Shown here one piece after another: positions 39,923 through 49,302 of a stretch of DNA of 64,000 bases. The notes beneath the pieces are model-generated. The model saw nothing but the letters and a program-made list of their open reading frames with translations. It made no database searches and was not told where the DNA came from. Made by a program: the position numbers and the translations under genes. Positions within the stretch are counted from its first letter, which is position 1, and every line of letters starts with the position of its first letter. This DNA is from a virus (Duplodnaviria > Caudoviricetes), in IMG/VR virus record IMGVR_UViG_2728369355_000004; one strand, 5' to 3'.

Positions 39923-40747
39923 TTAAACTTTTAAGGCTTTTCTTAATGAATCTTTCATGTTACTAACAAAATTATCGCGTGTCTCAGGAGATAACTCCAA
40001 AAGAGAAAGATAAGGATTTAAATCCTCCAATTCAACTAATAATAGTTCTCCCGAAGGTGTACGACATGCATCAACACGTTGAATACCACAATCAAGGTTA
40101 TTCCAATCAATGAATTTTTGAGCAAAGGACAAGTCTTGTTCAGTTGGTGCATATTCTTTCAATTCCCAGCGTTTATCTTTATCAGGCGCATTCATTGCAT
40201 ATTGAAAGTTCTTGTCAATGAAGTAAAATGATACTTCGTATTCAAAAGGAATAAACGGCTGGACCAGGATACTATGGTTCTCATTATCTATTTCATTAGT
40301 TACTTCCGCTTGAGAAATACGCTTCATGCCAATGGAATCGGCACCATCTTTTGGTTTAACAATGAAGTCTTCAACATTGGGTAGATGTTTAATATTTTCA
40401 ATGGAATCTATTGTAGGTATGACAGGGAAATTCGCGTTTGTTAACTCAAGCAAATACTCTTTTCCATTCATATCTGCCTTGCCATTAAATGAATTGTAAG
40501 TATTTAATCCCTTGCCCACTATTCTTTTTCGAAAAGCTTCATACTTTTCTTTAAAGTTCGCAACAGGGCCTGCATTTCGAAAGACGATTAAATCGATAAC
40601 ATCCTCGAAGCTCTCTATATCCTCCGGATGGCAAATTACCAAATCAAACTCTTCTCTAAGTTGGGAAGTGAGGTAGAGGTCTTCTTCATAATAGTTCCTA
40701 CCTTTAGCTGGATAGTAAAGGTCTGTTACAAATAACAACTTCTTCAC
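39923..40747 (-). CDS. ATP-grasp fold protein (RimK/GshB-like)
   Basis: IVKPKDGADS, LVQPFI..E.S, RVD, LLVELE.LNP. Confidence 0.85.
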   Translation of the reverse strand: MKKLLFVTDLYYPAKGRNYYEEDLYLTSQLREEFDLVICHPEDIESFEDVIDLIVFRNAGPVANFKEKYEAFRKRIVGKGLNTYNSFNGKADMNGKEYLLELTNANFPVIPTIDSIENIKHLPNVEDFIVKPKDGADSIGMKRISQAEVTNEIDNENHSILVQPFIPFEYEVSFYFIDKNFQYAMNAPDKDKRWELKEYAPTEQDLSFAQKFIDWNNLDCGIQRVDACRTPSGELLLVELEDLNPYLSLLELSPETRDNFVSNMKDSLRKALKV

Positions 40748-40986
40748 GTAGGAGCACCTAACTTTCGTATTAATTTTATTAACTCATTCTTAACATATTA
40801 TACGATGCTAATCTCCTATTCAAAGAAAACAAAGAAAAGGCAAAAGAGGAACGCCCGGTCATGTGCCGCCTTTTGCGGCCGTGCGCTTCATTCTCGCCCG
40901 ATTTCCACAGTACAAATATATCACGTAAAAAGTCTAACGAACGGCAACAAAACGGCAAGATTCTGGCAAAAAACCGGAACCCCTTT

Positions 40987-41335
40987 TTACACGACTGAGC
41001 TGGCTGGAACTGAGTTTTCAACAAGGACGGTTAAGCGGAGCATTCCGGCAAGTGTGTCCAGTGCTGCCTGTTTAATCTCTCTTAACCTGCGATCACTCAT
41101 GTGCAGTTCCCCCGCAATGATATAGTCAAACTCTCCCTCATTGTCCAGGTAACTCCGCTGGATAACCTCACGTTGAATGCTGGAAAGTTTACTCATCGCC
41201 AGTTCCAGTAGCTCATCCTTTGCTTGAAACTTTGCTTCCTTGTCCACATTGAATATGGCGATTTCCTCCGTCTGCTTGCTGATCGTATTGGTGGGTTGAT
41301 GCTCTCTATATGAATACTCCTGTGCAACCGCTATC
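40987..41335 (-). pseudogene. 5'-truncated ArpU-family late transcription regulator
   Basis: Frame reads ..YREHQPTNTISKQTEEIAIFNVD..QREVIQRSYL..ELHMSDR..IKQAAL; N-terminus and start missing at the terL junction. Confidence 0.65.
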
Positions 41336-41363
41336 TTTTATCTTATAAAACCGCTCTACCACA

Positions 41364-42824
41364 TTATCTTTTTACTGCCACACTACCTATTGAAGGAAGC
41401 ATAATATGTGTATCTGGTTCCATTAAATATTCTCCGAATGTCAAAACAAAAGCGTCAGCTCTGTCTGGAGACTTAAGCCCACGCCTTTTCATATCTTTCT
41501 TACTTTCAAGCAGTATTTTCCCTTTACTGGTCATGTTCCATTTACGTGCTGTAAGTTGGGTTATAAGAACATCATCATCAGGCAATTGCAGAACGCTCAC
41601 ATCTCCATTTATAAAATTGCTCATATTCTGTTCTAATTGTTCCTTTATGGATGCCCACATTTCAGTAACCAGGTTCCCATAGTGCTCATCTAAAGAAGAA
41701 GAGCCATTGTTAATTGGAATGATCTCATATGGTAGCCCTTCTTCAGCTACGATTTCATTTAGTCGATCCGTTACTCCTCCACCTACACCGCTATCATCTA
41801 CTCTTATTCTGATTCGATTTAAATATGGATGAGCTTTATGTAGCTCTTTAGCCAGGCTGATTACCCAACCAGCAGTAACCATTGTGTCTTTCTTGAAATG
41901 ATGGTGTTCTCCTACAACTCTTGGCCCTATACCAGCAAACATTGAGGTTTCATCATCACCAAATCGTGCAACGTCAACGCCTATGGTTAGCGTATCTCCG
42001 CTGGGGTCCAGCTTCACTTCTTTAGCTGCAAATTCAGCCACTTCCAACGAAATAAATGTATCCGATTCTCCACGGGGGAATTCACCTTCAACCCGGACTC
42101 TCCATACATCACTGCCTTCACCATACTTACGCTTGAGCATAGCGATATTATCCTTGCTTGTTCTTGGACTGTCCAAGCATGAAACCTTGCGTGTCTTATA
42201 ATCCGCTCTGTCCTTATTGTGCGAATCATAAAAAACACCCGACGTTTTTGTCGGGTTGCCGCACATCAATATTTTATTGAACTCACCCGACAGAGTACCT
42301 AAAATGGCTTCCATGATTGGATCAGCAACACCCGATGCCTCATCCACAATAAATAGCATGTAGTCCTCGTGAAAGCCTTGCATATTCTCAGGCTTGGTAG
42401 CTGTACGAGCTGTAGCGAACCAGCGTTCCTCGTAGTTCTTCATGTAGATTTTGGTTTTAGTCCATTTAAGGATTCTTTTCAGCACTGGGCTTTTGGACTG
42501 CCATTTATTTATCTCAGCCCATAACACGTCATGTAGCTGCTGTCTTGTAGGAGCTGTACAAATCACTTTTGGATAAGGGAAGCAGGACAGAAACCAAAGG
42601 GCTGTTGCAGCTTCCAGCCCAGTTTTTCCTACGCCTTGACCTGAACGTACTGAAACGCGCGGATTATTAGCTAAATCCATTAGAGTGCTTGCCTGCCAAT
42701 CATCAGGATAGAACTTAAGCATCTCTTGGCAGAACAATGTGGGATTCTTGCGATACTCAGGAATCCGTTTCTTGAATGCTTGAAGCCTCCGTTTCGTCTC
42801 CGGTGAATCCTTCTGTTTCATCAC
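41364..42824 (-). CDS. terL: Terminase large subunit
   Basis: SGQGVGKT Walker A, IVDEASG Walker B, GNP, GVDVARFGDD, SPDRADA. Confidence 0.95.
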   Translation of the reverse strand: MMKQKDSPETKRRLQAFKKRIPEYRKNPTLFCQEMLKFYPDDWQASTLMDLANNPRVSVRSGQGVGKTGLEAATALWFLSCFPYPKVICTAPTRQQLHDVLWAEINKWQSKSPVLKRILKWTKTKIYMKNYEERWFATARTATKPENMQGFHEDYMLFIVDEASGVADPIMEAILGTLSGEFNKILMCGNPTKTSGVFYDSHNKDRADYKTRKVSCLDSPRTSKDNIAMLKRKYGEGSDVWRVRVEGEFPRGESDTFISLEVAEFAAKEVKLDPSGDTLTIGVDVARFGDDETSMFAGIGPRVVGEHHHFKKDTMVTAGWVISLAKELHKAHPYLNRIRIRVDDSGVGGGVTDRLNEIVAEEGLPYEIIPINNGSSSLDEHYGNLVTEMWASIKEQLEQNMSNFINGDVSVLQLPDDDVLITQLTARKWNMTSKGKILLESKKDMKRRGLKSPDRADAFVLTFGEYLMEPDTHIMLPSIGSVAVKR

Positions 42825-44046
42825 CTACCACCGCCTCTACCCAATCGTCAATTAGATCATCCTCTGTATTGCCTTCTCCCGTAACCTTGGCCCTTTCGAG
42901 TTCAAGTTTCTCACGCTGAATCTTAAGTTTTTCGTCCTCAAGCATCCGTTTATGTTTGTCTGGGAGCAGATCCATGTATTTAGTCAGTACGTCCAAAGCC
43001 TTAGTTTTATCGTGTAGTTTAACACTTACACCATCCTTGCCCTGCTTCACCTCTGAAACCAGAGTCCCATCAATTTCATCACTATTTTTGAAAGCTACAA
43101 AATTATATCTGTACTTCTTAGTGTCTCCAGTGTCTGGATCAAAGACTGGCTCACCTTCCAGTCCTAGAATATCTTCTTCCTTTTGACCAAACTCTACGTA
43201 ATCAGTAATGTCTGCAAAAGCGATCTTCATATATTCCATCAGCACACGTTGTGCATTCAACCCCACCTCGTGGATCATGGATTCCTTATGCTGTCGAATA
43301 ATGTTTTGAATTTCAACTTTCTTCAACAGAGCGAAACCAATTTGATAGGCGGTTTTCTTACTGTATCCCGCCGCAATCGCTGACCTGGTAGCATTGAAGT
43401 CTCGAAGGTATTCATAAGTGAATATCCTTTGCTTAGGCGTTAATCCGTCCTCATCGGGAATTTCCGGTTCAGGTTCTTCAACAGTCGCTGGAACGCTCTG
43501 TACTTTTTTGGAACGTTCCATATTACCGGAGCGTTCCGGTATTTTTTTCGGAACGTTCCGTATTTCTGGAGCAGCGTCTTTTAGCTCTTTAGAGAGCGCA
43601 TCAACTGTTAGCAGGGTAGCATATACCTCTCTTGGCTTATCACCTTGATATGTACCAACGAATTTACGCCGCTCCATTTCATCAATCAGTCGGGCCGCGC
43701 TGCTATAACCTATCCTCATTCTTCTCTGCAATAAAGAAACCGAGGCTTGTTTGGCCTCGGCTATAATTTGGACAGCTTTTAGAAAAAGCTCATCCGAATA
43801 TGATGTTGGTTCTTCATCTTTATTTGGAGGTTCCTTTTTTTGATTAGTTTCATTTTCATTAGAACGTTCCGTATGTTTTCCTTCCCCAACAATCAAACTC
43901 TCCCACTTATCTTTAGCCTTCCATCCTCTTACCGTACCTTCAGATACACTAAGTTGAGAGGCTATTTCTGTGAGACGTATTTTGCCGGAACTGGCTTTGT
44001 ATAAATCAAATGCTTCGTCCCGTTTCGGATCTCTCTTTCGTCCCAT
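42757..44046 (-). CDS. terS: Terminase small subunit with inserted FtsK-gamma domain
   Basis: N-terminal HTH (TVRGWKAKDKW); ASVSLLQRRMRIGYSSAARLIDEME; LTPKQRIF..NATRSAIAAGYS; KLHDKTKAL. Confidence 0.88.
   Translation of the reverse strand: MGRKRDPKRDEAFDLYKASSGKIRLTEIASQLSVSEGTVRGWKAKDKWESLIVGEGKHTERSNENETNQKKEPPNKDEEPTSYSDELFLKAVQIIAEAKQASVSLLQRRMRIGYSSAARLIDEMERRKFVGTYQGDKPREVYATLLTVDALSKELKDAAPEIRNVPKKIPERSGNMERSKKVQSVPATVEEPEPEIPDEDGLTPKQRIFTYEYLRDFNATRSAIAAGYSKKTAYQIGFALLKKVEIQNIIRQHKESMIHEVGLNAQRVLMEYMKIAFADITDYVEFGQKEEDILGLEGEPVFDPDTGDTKKYRYNFVAFKNSDEIDGTLVSEVKQGKDGVSVKLHDKTKALDVLTKYMDLLPDKHKRMLEDEKLKIQREKLELERAKVTGEGNTEDDLIDDWVEAVVGDETEGFTGDETEASSIQETDS
43490..43870. repeat. GGAACGTTCC-type palindromic repeats in terS (candidate pac region)
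   Basis: Copies at 43490, 43510, 43528, 43550 and 43861. Confidence 0.65.
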
Positions 44047-44084
44047 ATCTTATTATTCACCCCTTTTGATAATGTATCTGAAGC

Positions 44085-44102
44085 TAAGGAAAAGTTTCCT
44101 GA
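44085..44102. repeat. Dispersed palindrome copy 4
   Basis: TAAGGAAAAGTTTCCTGA, ~40 bp upstream of the terS start. Confidence 0.8.
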
Positions 44103-44289
44103 ACGAAGAAAAAACGCCTTATTAGACGCTGTTGTAGATGAATTTACTATATGTATAATGTATCATCTTCTCGGTTCACGTTTACTACGTATTTAGTGTT
44201 TTTTAATTTATAAAAGTGATAGAATTTACTTGGGAATTATTTCAAAGTAGTGGTGAAAAACCCACAGAGATTCATCTAAATAAAAGGCG

Positions 44290-45915
44290 GTGGCTAAATT
44301 GATAAACACATCTAATTACGTGAAAACCTATACCACTTTAAGTGACTTAACAGGCGGGGAAAAAAATAGTAAGGAAGAAATTATTAAAAAAATTAGTAAA
44401 GTTCCACTTGGCGGCGTATTTATAATACTGTCACAAATGAATTCTTATGGGGGAGAAAACCTTGAAATAAGAAAGATATTTCTCGATTATCTTAAAAGCA
44501 TAGGAAGCAAAGATCTATCTCAAGTTTTAGGTGATAGTTCATTATATTCAGAGCAAGGACTTTTAACATTATGGAAATGGTTTTTCGTTTATGGAAATTA
44601 CAACTCAATCAACGAAAGCGTAGATCCAATTATTGGAGTAAACCAGATCATTCATCTTTGTATTGCTGTTTCTGATTACCTGTGTGATGAGATATCGGAG
44701 GAGAAAGCAAATAATTATTTTTTCTCAAATTCTGTGTTTAACAATAAGTCAAATCTAGGTTCCGATTTAGCGAGGTCTTCTCTAATTTTTGGAGAAATAG
44801 CCCAAAATGAAAATAATTTTGTATCTAAGGACTTTATAGATATTAACAAGATGTTTTCTGATAAATATGGTTACTCAATACAGGATTATCTAGCTATAAT
44901 TTATGGTCTTATTGCTGGTTTTCTAAATAAAGGAACTAGCAATGCCGCTATAAGATCTGATTGGAATAAATCTATTAATTATTTTGATAAAACTCATAAT
45001 CCAGATTTAGGAAAGAAAATAATTGATGAAATTTCTACTTCATTTCTAGACGCAAAAATATGGGCTCAAACATCCATAAACAATCCATGGGATTATACTT
45101 TGTTTCGTCAGAAACCATTACTAAAATTAGAAAACGGAAATTTTTATCCTATAAATCTATCGCTGTTATTTGATAAAGTTTTAAGTGATTTATATTTTAA
45201 AATCAGAGAAACCTCCCCTAAAAACAGTACACAAATAATAAGTTTTTTCGGAAAATGTTTCGAAAAATACGTGGAGATAATAACCAAAGAAACACTTGGG
45301 AGCCGAAAGAACAATATTCCATATGAGTTTATTCCTGAATTTAGTTATGGAAATAAAAGATCTAATAAATCCCCTGATGCACTTATAAGAGTTAAAGACA
45401 CTTTGTTAGCAGTAGAAGCAAAGGTTTATCGTTTAAAGATGGACTCACTTTTTGGAGTTAAACCTGCTATTGAGTCGGATACAAAGAGGTTTGCTATAGA
45501 CCCTATAAATCAAATGCAAAACCGATTAAGCGAATTGAAGACACGATCTCATCAAATTATGAATGGTATTTCCAAAATATATCTAATATCACTTACATTC
45601 GGGTACTATCCTACGCTTAAACCTTTTGAAGAGATGATTGATCAGATGATTGATGCGTCTGATTTACCGATCAAGGGAATTATTCACATGGATATAGAAG
45701 AGTATGAATTCTTTTTAGAGTTAATTTCTAGAAAAGCCTCGTCACCTGCATCTCATTATCTTGAGAACAAAAAACAACTTGCTCCTTATACTTCTTTTAA
45801 AAATTTCTTATTTTCTAGCTCTTTGTATCCTAAAAGACCTCAATACATTAAAGATAAGATACTGGAACACAGTAATAATATGAGGGAGACATTGTTTCAA
45901 ACTGCACTGCGCTAA
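44290..45915 (+). CDS. AT-rich moron with C-terminal PD-(D/E)XK-like nuclease motif
   Basis: FGKCFEKYV..KSPDALI..LAVEAK; opposite strand to the late genes. Confidence 0.7.
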   Translation: MAKLINTSNYVKTYTTLSDLTGGEKNSKEEIIKKISKVPLGGVFIILSQMNSYGGENLEIRKIFLDYLKSIGSKDLSQVLGDSSLYSEQGLLTLWKWFFVYGNYNSINESVDPIIGVNQIIHLCIAVSDYLCDEISEEKANNYFFSNSVFNNKSNLGSDLARSSLIFGEIAQNENNFVSKDFIDINKMFSDKYGYSIQDYLAIIYGLIAGFLNKGTSNAAIRSDWNKSINYFDKTHNPDLGKKIIDEISTSFLDAKIWAQTSINNPWDYTLFRQKPLLKLENGNFYPINLSLLFDKVLSDLYFKIRETSPKNSTQIISFFGKCFEKYVEIITKETLGSRKNNIPYEFIPEFSYGNKRSNKSPDALIRVKDTLLAVEAKVYRLKMDSLFGVKPAIESDTKRFAIDPINQMQNRLSELKTRSHQIMNGISKIYLISLTFGYYPTLKPFEEMIDQMIDASDLPIKGIIHMDIEEYEFFLELISRKASSPASHYLENKKQLAPYTSFKNFLFSSSLYPKRPQYIKDKILEHSNNMRETLFQTALR

Positions 45916-45934
45916 TATTACTTTGAAGGCAAAT

Positions 45935-46420
45935 AACAAAAGCCGATGGTTCTCAGGTTCTAACACGCTCATCGAGTGTGTAACCGATCAATCCATCAGC
46001 TGCTTTTTGATGTGCTTATAACTTTGAGTACAGGCAGCATGTTATTAAGCGGTAATTTGTAACATGCTGCTACCGCTAATCCGCCATGCCTGCAATGGAC
46101 CTTCAGTGGACATCCTTCTTGATCCAGGTTTATATTACCCTCTGAGTCCTGTCTCCGATTTAGTTTTAAATACGCCCTAACCCTCCGTCATGCGCTTGCC
46201 ACTGCCGCCCCCATATACATGCGGTATGGTTCCCAACGGGAATTATTTCACAGCGATTACCGTCAATCGCTATAGTCCGCATTACGTGCGGAACAATCTG
46301 CCGCCCTTATTGATGGGGTGTTATTACCCTCTTTACGGCTGTCTCCAATTAGTTGTAGTTAGTTTCGATGTGGGCGAGGCGTGTATCGGGCCTTGCGTCT
46401 ATTCCGCCACCACATTTAAA
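45935..46420 (-). ncRNA. Candidate long structured RNA region
   Basis: GC-rich, many hairpins, one H-type pseudoknot, internal direct repeats; no convincing ORF. Confidence 0.5.
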
Positions 46421-46429
46421 TCTTAACGA

Positions 46430-46684
46430 TTACAGAAGTTGACCGGCTAGTGCTTTAAGGCCACTTGGTATAGCAATTTGTTTGCCATTATCCTCATTTC
46501 CGTTTACATAAGCTGTGTCTTTGTCTGCATAATAGATTACACCTTCGCCGCCGATAACCGGAAAACCGCTTTCGTCGTAATCCAGATTTGTACCCACATA
46601 CTTGCCATGCTTAACTGCTTCATCTACCAATGGATGGAGATGGAGAATTTTTTCCTTGTCCAAGTAAGCGTAACTATGTGCCAT
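46430..46684 (-). CDS. Small hypothetical protein (YAYLD..ILH family)
   Basis: RBS AGGAGG; paralog of 39415..39705. Confidence 0.75.
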   Translation of the reverse strand: MAHSYAYLDKEKILHLHPLVDEAVKHGKYVGTNLDYDESGFPVIGGEGVIYYADKDTAYVNGNEDNGKQIAIPSGLKALAGQLL

Positions 46685-46789
46685 GTTTATTGCCTCCTAA
46701 AATAGTTTTAATTTGTTCCTGAATAAAGTGTAAATCCTTTCTACTCCGTACCTACTACGGATTTGCTAGTTCCTACTATCAGCAGAAAA

Positions 46790-48140
46790 TAAAGTGGTAG
46801 ACTGAGCCTAGAAATTGAAAACAGCGACAACCAAGGACGAAAAAAAGTCCTAGACTGTCGCTGTTCCATTGAACTAACGTTTCCCGTTAGCGTAATCAGC
46901 GATAAATAAATAAGCTCAAATTTTTTTAATATACGCGGCGGATATATTTTTGTTCAAATCTTGTTTCTCTACTTATTGTGTAGAAACAGCCCTTTATGCT
47001 TATTGAAAAAATCAAAGTACACTTTTGGGTTTTCTAATTCCCACCATTGCTTTATGTCGACTGGATTAGCTTCTAAATCATATATTTTTGTAAACTCCAT
47101 CGCCAGTAAAAACGGTGAGTGCGTTGCAATGATAAATTGACATCCGCAATAGTGAGCCATTTCCTCTATCATTTTGACAAGTTCAAGCTGCATTTTAGGA
47201 GATAGACTGTTCTCCGGTTCATCCAAACAATATAATGTGTCATTTTTAAATTTGGAATTAAAATAACTCAGGGCTGTCTCCCCATTGCTGTTCAGTTTAA
47301 TTTCGGTGCCGGCGACTCTGCGAATAAACTCCCTGCGTGAAATTGATTTTTTTCTTGAGAGCACCTGTAACCTCAATGCTTCATAATCATCCATGCTATT
47401 CATTTTCACTGTATTGCCGAATTTCAGATTTCCCCATTCCGATCTTATATCTTCTGTGCTATCCACGATTTCATCGTTGTTTGTGCGGACTGTAAGCATA
47501 TAATCAAAAATATCGTCACTTGTGATTATCCTGCTTCCATTTGGAATTCGATGTTTAAATCCCTCGTCGTCAAGTCCAAGTTCAAATTTACAATGTTCAA
47601 CATATGAACTGAACAATTCACTTGAATTGAATGGTGCAATACGATTTAGTTCCAATTTATTCGCTATGAGATTTAGAAGTGTGCTTTTCCCCGAGCCGTT
47701 TCCTCCATATAAAATTGTGATTTTTGAAAAGCTCAATTCGGAAAACCGATTTTTTGAGAAAATGCCACATGGGTAAGTTTCGTCGACATATCCAAACCTA
47801 CCGCCATTGTATGCCATTCTTTGTTCTATCAATGAGGATTCTTCATCTATAGGCAATATGAATTTATCTAAATACATTTTCATTCCTCCGTAATTCATCT
47901 AACCTGCTCTTATGTTTTCTCTTCCGTTTCAATTTGAAGTTTTCAACTAGTAAACCTCCCTCAATAATGTGGGAGCTTCCTCTTTTAAAAGCATTGATTG
48001 CTCAATCCCCTTCCATTCATAGTCGATGTAGGTATTATAGCAGACGAAATCTACTTATCTTATCTTGGTTGTGCTAATCTGCCCGTTAGCTTAATGAAGC
48101 ACCCTCAAGACTATTACTTTATTTTCAGTCTAGAACTTTA
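46790..48140 (-). mobile_element. MITE-like cassette carrier B (ATPase passenger)
   Basis: 16-bp terminal inverted repeats TAAAGTGGTAGACTGA / TCAGTCTAGAACTTTA; internal sites at 46869-46896 and 48069-48095. Confidence 0.65.
46969..47877 (-). CDS. AAA/ABC-type ATPase
   Basis: GGNGSGKST, SNGE, LDEPENSLSP, IIATHSP. Confidence 0.88.
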   Translation of the reverse strand: MYLDKFILPIDEESSLIEQRMAYNGGRFGYVDETYPCGIFSKNRFSELSFSKITILYGGNGSGKSTLLNLIANKLELNRIAPFNSSELFSSYVEHCKFELGLDDEGFKHRIPNGSRIITSDDIFDYMLTVRTNNDEIVDSTEDIRSEWGNLKFGNTVKMNSMDDYEALRLQVLSRKKSISRREFIRRVAGTEIKLNSNGETALSYFNSKFKNDTLYCLDEPENSLSPKMQLELVKMIEEMAHYCGCQFIIATHSPFLLAMEFTKIYDLEANPVDIKQWWELENPKVYFDFFNKHKGLFLHNK

Positions 48141-48182
48141 GACACCTAAAGTTAAGACCGCAAAGGCTTAAGCCCTTACGGT

Positions 48183-48821
48183 CTAATTTACTTCTGGCAT
48201 CCTCAGTCCGATTTCACCTTCCCGGTTACGCCCTCTCCCGTAGTCTATAACCACAAGATCCAAAGTGCGATTTATTTTCAGACTGTTTGCTATATTGGCA
48301 ATGGCTCTGCGCCGCTTGTCCGCAAAAGTAGTTTCTGAAATACTTGGAATATCACTGCGATAACCGTTTTTCATGTACTGTTGTGCTTTGAGATATTTCA
48401 TGCCATCTAGAAACAACAGTTTGGCTATCAATCCCTCGTGCTTGTCGCGCATATTGTTTACTGCAAATTTAACGTTATTTGTGATGAATTTATAAAATTT
48501 ATAGTTCACGTGACGCTGATCCTTGAGGATAACCGTATTAGCTGTCACATCTGCCGTTAATTCTTGCCCAGTTACCCGTTTAGCAACCGATCCTTCAGCC
48601 GCGAGTATATCATAGGCCGACATTCCATTTTCAATCTGTTGGAGGGAATATTCATAATTTTTTATCACATCGACTAGATCAGCGTATTTGCCCAGCAACC
48701 ATTTCGTTTTTCGAATATCATCTTGTTCAAGATCATCGAAAAAATTTACCTGGATTATCTTCTGAGTATCGGCAGAATCATCTTCTTTGCTACGTATAAT
48801 TACAGACTGTTCGTTATCCAT
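48183..48821 (-). CDS. Putative late transcriptional activator (ArpU/RinA-like)
   Basis: Last early gene; C-terminal ISETTF..RRRAI HTH-like pattern. Confidence 0.6.
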   Translation of the reverse strand: MDNEQSVIIRSKEDDSADTQKIIQVNFFDDLEQDDIRKTKWLLGKYADLVDVIKNYEYSLQQIENGMSAYDILAAEGSVAKRVTGQELTADVTANTVILKDQRHVNYKFYKFITNNVKFAVNNMRDKHEGLIAKLLFLDGMKYLKAQQYMKNGYRSDIPSISETTFADKRRRAIANIANSLKINRTLDLVVIDYGRGRNREGEIGLRMPEVN

Positions 48822-48945
48822 ATTTGTTCACTCCTTGCAAAACTAAATGTATCCGGTATAATCTGCTCAATCAACATATACCTATCTATACTGACTACAC
48901 CCACATATAACAGTAATGCGCATAATATAGAGGTATAGGCTCTTA

Positions 48946-49302
48946 TCATGGGGTGTCTCCTGTAGGATGAAGGAGAGCTCTTATCCTGGCTATCTCTGCA
49001 TTAGCTTCAGTTAACTCTTTTTCAAGCCGGACACATTCTTCTGCGAGAGCATAGGTGTCTTTATCTGCTTTTTCTCGAATTTTACGAATTAATTCAAATC
49101 GTTTGGATTGCTTCAGCTCGGCTATCAGGGATTCAGATTCCTTTTGAGTATCGACGAGTACCTTTATATTATTTTTCAATATTTTATTTTCGGTTTCCAA
49201 AAAATACAGTCGTTTTGCTGCACCATCTGCCCGATTCTTTTCTTTTTCGGCTTCCAGTATCCAGTAATCCATGCGTTTTTCCCAGTCTGGTTTATCTGTC
49301 AT
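48946..49302 (-). CDS. Hypothetical coiled-coil phage protein
   Basis: ORF in early operon. Confidence 0.65.
   Translation of the reverse strand: MTDKPDWEKRMDYWILEAEKEKNRADGAAKRLYFLETENKILKNNIKVLVDTQKESESLIAELKQSKRFELIRKIREKADKDTYALAEECVRLEKELTEANAEIARIRALLHPTGDTP

Noticed and set aside
46190-46426. 78-aa plus-strand ORF
   Set aside because: No RBS and odd composition; the region is better explained as structured RNA.
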